Shown: piece after piece, positions 61,564-64,000 of the stretch | Layout of the letters: the number at the start of each line of letters is the position of its first letter | Position numbering within the stretch: position 1 is the first letter of the stretch | Source of the DNA: Octopus vulgaris | Taxonomy: Eukaryota | Length of the DNA: 64,000 nt | Assembly (NCBI GenBank): GCA_951406725.2 | Contig: OX597831.1 | Coordinates: 75,144,001 to 75,208,000, forward strand | Direction: 5' to 3' | The notes under the pieces: generated by a model | Seen by the model: only the letters and a program-made list of their open reading frames with translations | The model's database searches: none | What the model was told of the DNA's origin: nothing | Position numbers and translations under genes: made by a program

Positions 61564-62689
61564 CATATATATACGACAGGTTTCTTTCAGTTTCCATCCA
61601 CCAAATCCACTCACAAGGCTTTGGTCGGCTTGATGCCATAGTAGAAGACACTTGCCCAAGGTGCCACGCAGTGGGACTGAACCCGAAACCATGTGGTTGG
61701 GAAGCAAGCTTCTTACCACACAGCCACTCCTGTGCCTCCAATTTCAGCAGCACATATTTAGGGAAATGTTTTTGATGCATCAAAGCATGGAATCTAGACC
61801 CATCCTCTCATACAGAATCCAGAGAAAATTTTTTTTTTCTATTCAGACATTTTCTTAGAGAAAAATATGTATCTTATATGCCATGAAATACAGTAACTGA
61901 AAATGACAAGTGTGTAACACCGAGGTGGAATGGCCAAATGATTGACATTTGACTTGGTTCCAGAATATGAAATTATCCAAATTACTAAATAGCTATCCCA
62001 CACAGCTGATTGGTATCTAGTTTTGAAATGTGGAAAACAGGGTACCCCCATTATATAATAGGACAATGTAATACCCAGGTAGAATATTGAGGCTTGTATG
62101 TTTAACAATCTAGAAATAATTACTCATCATTTATTCTTTTAATGGTTTCAGCTATAGGGCTGCAGCCAGTTTTGTTATCCTTTTATGACTGGAGGTTGGT
62201 CTACAATCAAGTTTGCAGCAGCTGATCATCCCTGGAGTGTATCCTTGAATGATCAGCTGGTCCAGCATCACCGTTAGGGGTTTATCCTTAAATGTTTCAG
62301 GAGAGATTCCTATTTACATTTCTGATTTCTTTAAACGACAAAGCTGAACAATTAAGGAATTCTGAATATCAGACTCATACGATATAATGGGTTTTTTTCC
62401 CAAATAATATCAGACAATATTTTTGCTTTGAGTTTCTATCTACCAAATCCACCGACAAAGCTTAGTCAACCCGGGGCTGTAGAAGACATATTCCCCAAGT
62501 GACACATAATGGGACTGAACCTAAAACCATGGGGTTATGAAGTAAAAGTCTTAGCTACACCTAGAAACACCAGTACCTTATTGTGTGCATACACACACAC
62601 ACACACACACACATTCTCTTTCATTTTATTGGCCACTGTGAGCCCAACACAGAGGGGACGAACAAGGACCTACAACACAAAGTGGGGAC

Positions 62690-64000
62690 ATCATCATCAT
62701 CATCGTTTAATGTCCATTTTCTATGCTGGCATGGGTTGGATGATTTTACTGAGGTCTGACGCCCCAGATGGCTGCACCAGGCTCCAATCTTGATCTGACA
62801 GAGTTTCTACAGTTGGATGCTCTTCCTAACGCCAACCACTCAGAGAGTGTAGTGGGTGCTTTTACATGCCACCGGCATGAAGGCCAGTCAGGCGGTACTG
62901 GCAATGGCCACGCTCAAGTGGTGTCTTTTATGTGCCACCAACACAAGTGCCAGCAAGGCAACGCAGGTAACGATCACACTCGAATGGTGCTTTTTACGTG
63001 CCACCGGCATGGAGGCCAGATTTTTGCTCTGGCAACAATCACGCCTCGTATGGTACTCTTAGTGCTCTACTAGCATGGATGCTGGTCATCGAATTTGATT
63101 TTGATTTCGATTTCACTTGCTTCAACAGGTCTTCGCAAGTAGAGCTTAGTGTCCAATAAAGGAAAGGTACGCATATGAGGGCATAGGCCACAAGGTTATG
63201 GTCTCACTTGAGCTTGCTGAGTCTTCTCAAGCACAGCATATTTCCAAAGGTCCTGGTCACTAGTCATTACCTCAGTGAGGCCAAATGTTTGAAGGTCATG
63301 CTTCACCATCTCATCCCAGGTCTTCCTGGGTCTACCTCTTCCACAGGTTCCCTCAACCACTAGGGTGTGGCACTTTTTCACACAGCTATCCACATCCATT
63401 CTCTCCACATGGCCATACCAGCACAGTTGTCTCTCTTGCACACCACATCTGATGTTTCTTAGGTCCAACTTTTCTCTCAAGGTATTTACACTCTGTCGAG
63501 TATGCACACTGACATTACACATCCATCAGAGCATACTGGCTTCATTCCTTGCGAGCTTACGCATGTCCTCAGCAGTCATGGCCCATGTTTCACTGCCATG
63601 TAGCATGGCTGTTCGTACACATACGTCATACAGTCTGCCTTTTACTCTGAGCGAGAGGCCCTTTGTCACCAGCTGGGGTAAGAGCTCTCTGAACTTTGCC
63701 CAGGCTATTCTTATTCTAGCAGCCAGACTTTCAGTGCACCCTCCCCACTACTGACTTGGTCACCTAGGTAACGAAAGCTATCAATTACTTCTAGTTTTTC
63801 TCCCTGGAACATGGTAGACGTTGGTCTCTGCACATTTTCAGTGTTATTTATTGCTCCCGAGCATCTGCCACATATAAAAACTATCTTCCCAGTTAGCCTT
63901 CCTTTGATATTGCTGCACCTCTTATGTGTCCATAGCTTACACTGGGTACATCTTATAGAGTTTCTGCCTATGCCTATTCTACAGATCAAGCAGGGCCATC
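62690..64000 (-). mobile_element. Second RTE LINE copy (3' part, frameshifted), running off the window
   Basis: Reverse complement of RTE 5601-7009, including the PHD finger, FRYLG, RGRPRKTW and (ATC)n tail. Confidence 0.93.

Overview
AT-rich, repeat-dense eukaryotic DNA. The SINE/RTE repertoire and (TA)n/(CA)n load suggest an octopod cephalopod (inference). The window lies inside one minus-strand gene, a CFAP69 (cilia- and flagella-associated protein 69) homologue. I traced 18 GT-AG exons (61352 down to 391, 2387 nt, about 795 codons) with consistent phases; the gene continues beyond the first and last exon found. The introns hold a 5'-truncated RTE LINE with an open RT ORF carrying an in-frame PHD finger, many RTE 3'-UTR derivatives, three tRNA-headed SINE families, a split Ty3/gypsy-type LTR element, a CR1 tail, Tc1/mariner remnants, hAT and piggyBac-type MITEs, and non-autonomous Helitron-like elements. 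The most interesting signal is a set of short, mutually dissimilar intronic elements, often in (TA)n tracts and often long fold-back palindromes, that each carry a minimal type-I hammerhead ribozyme (HHR) core. They include a U3-A8 compensatory variant, an HHR capping a hairpin with ~170-bp arms, and a loop-less head-to-head dimer of a tRNA-headed, HHR-bearing SINE with an 11-bp target-site duplication. All alignments and folds were done by eye and need computational and biochemical confirmation.
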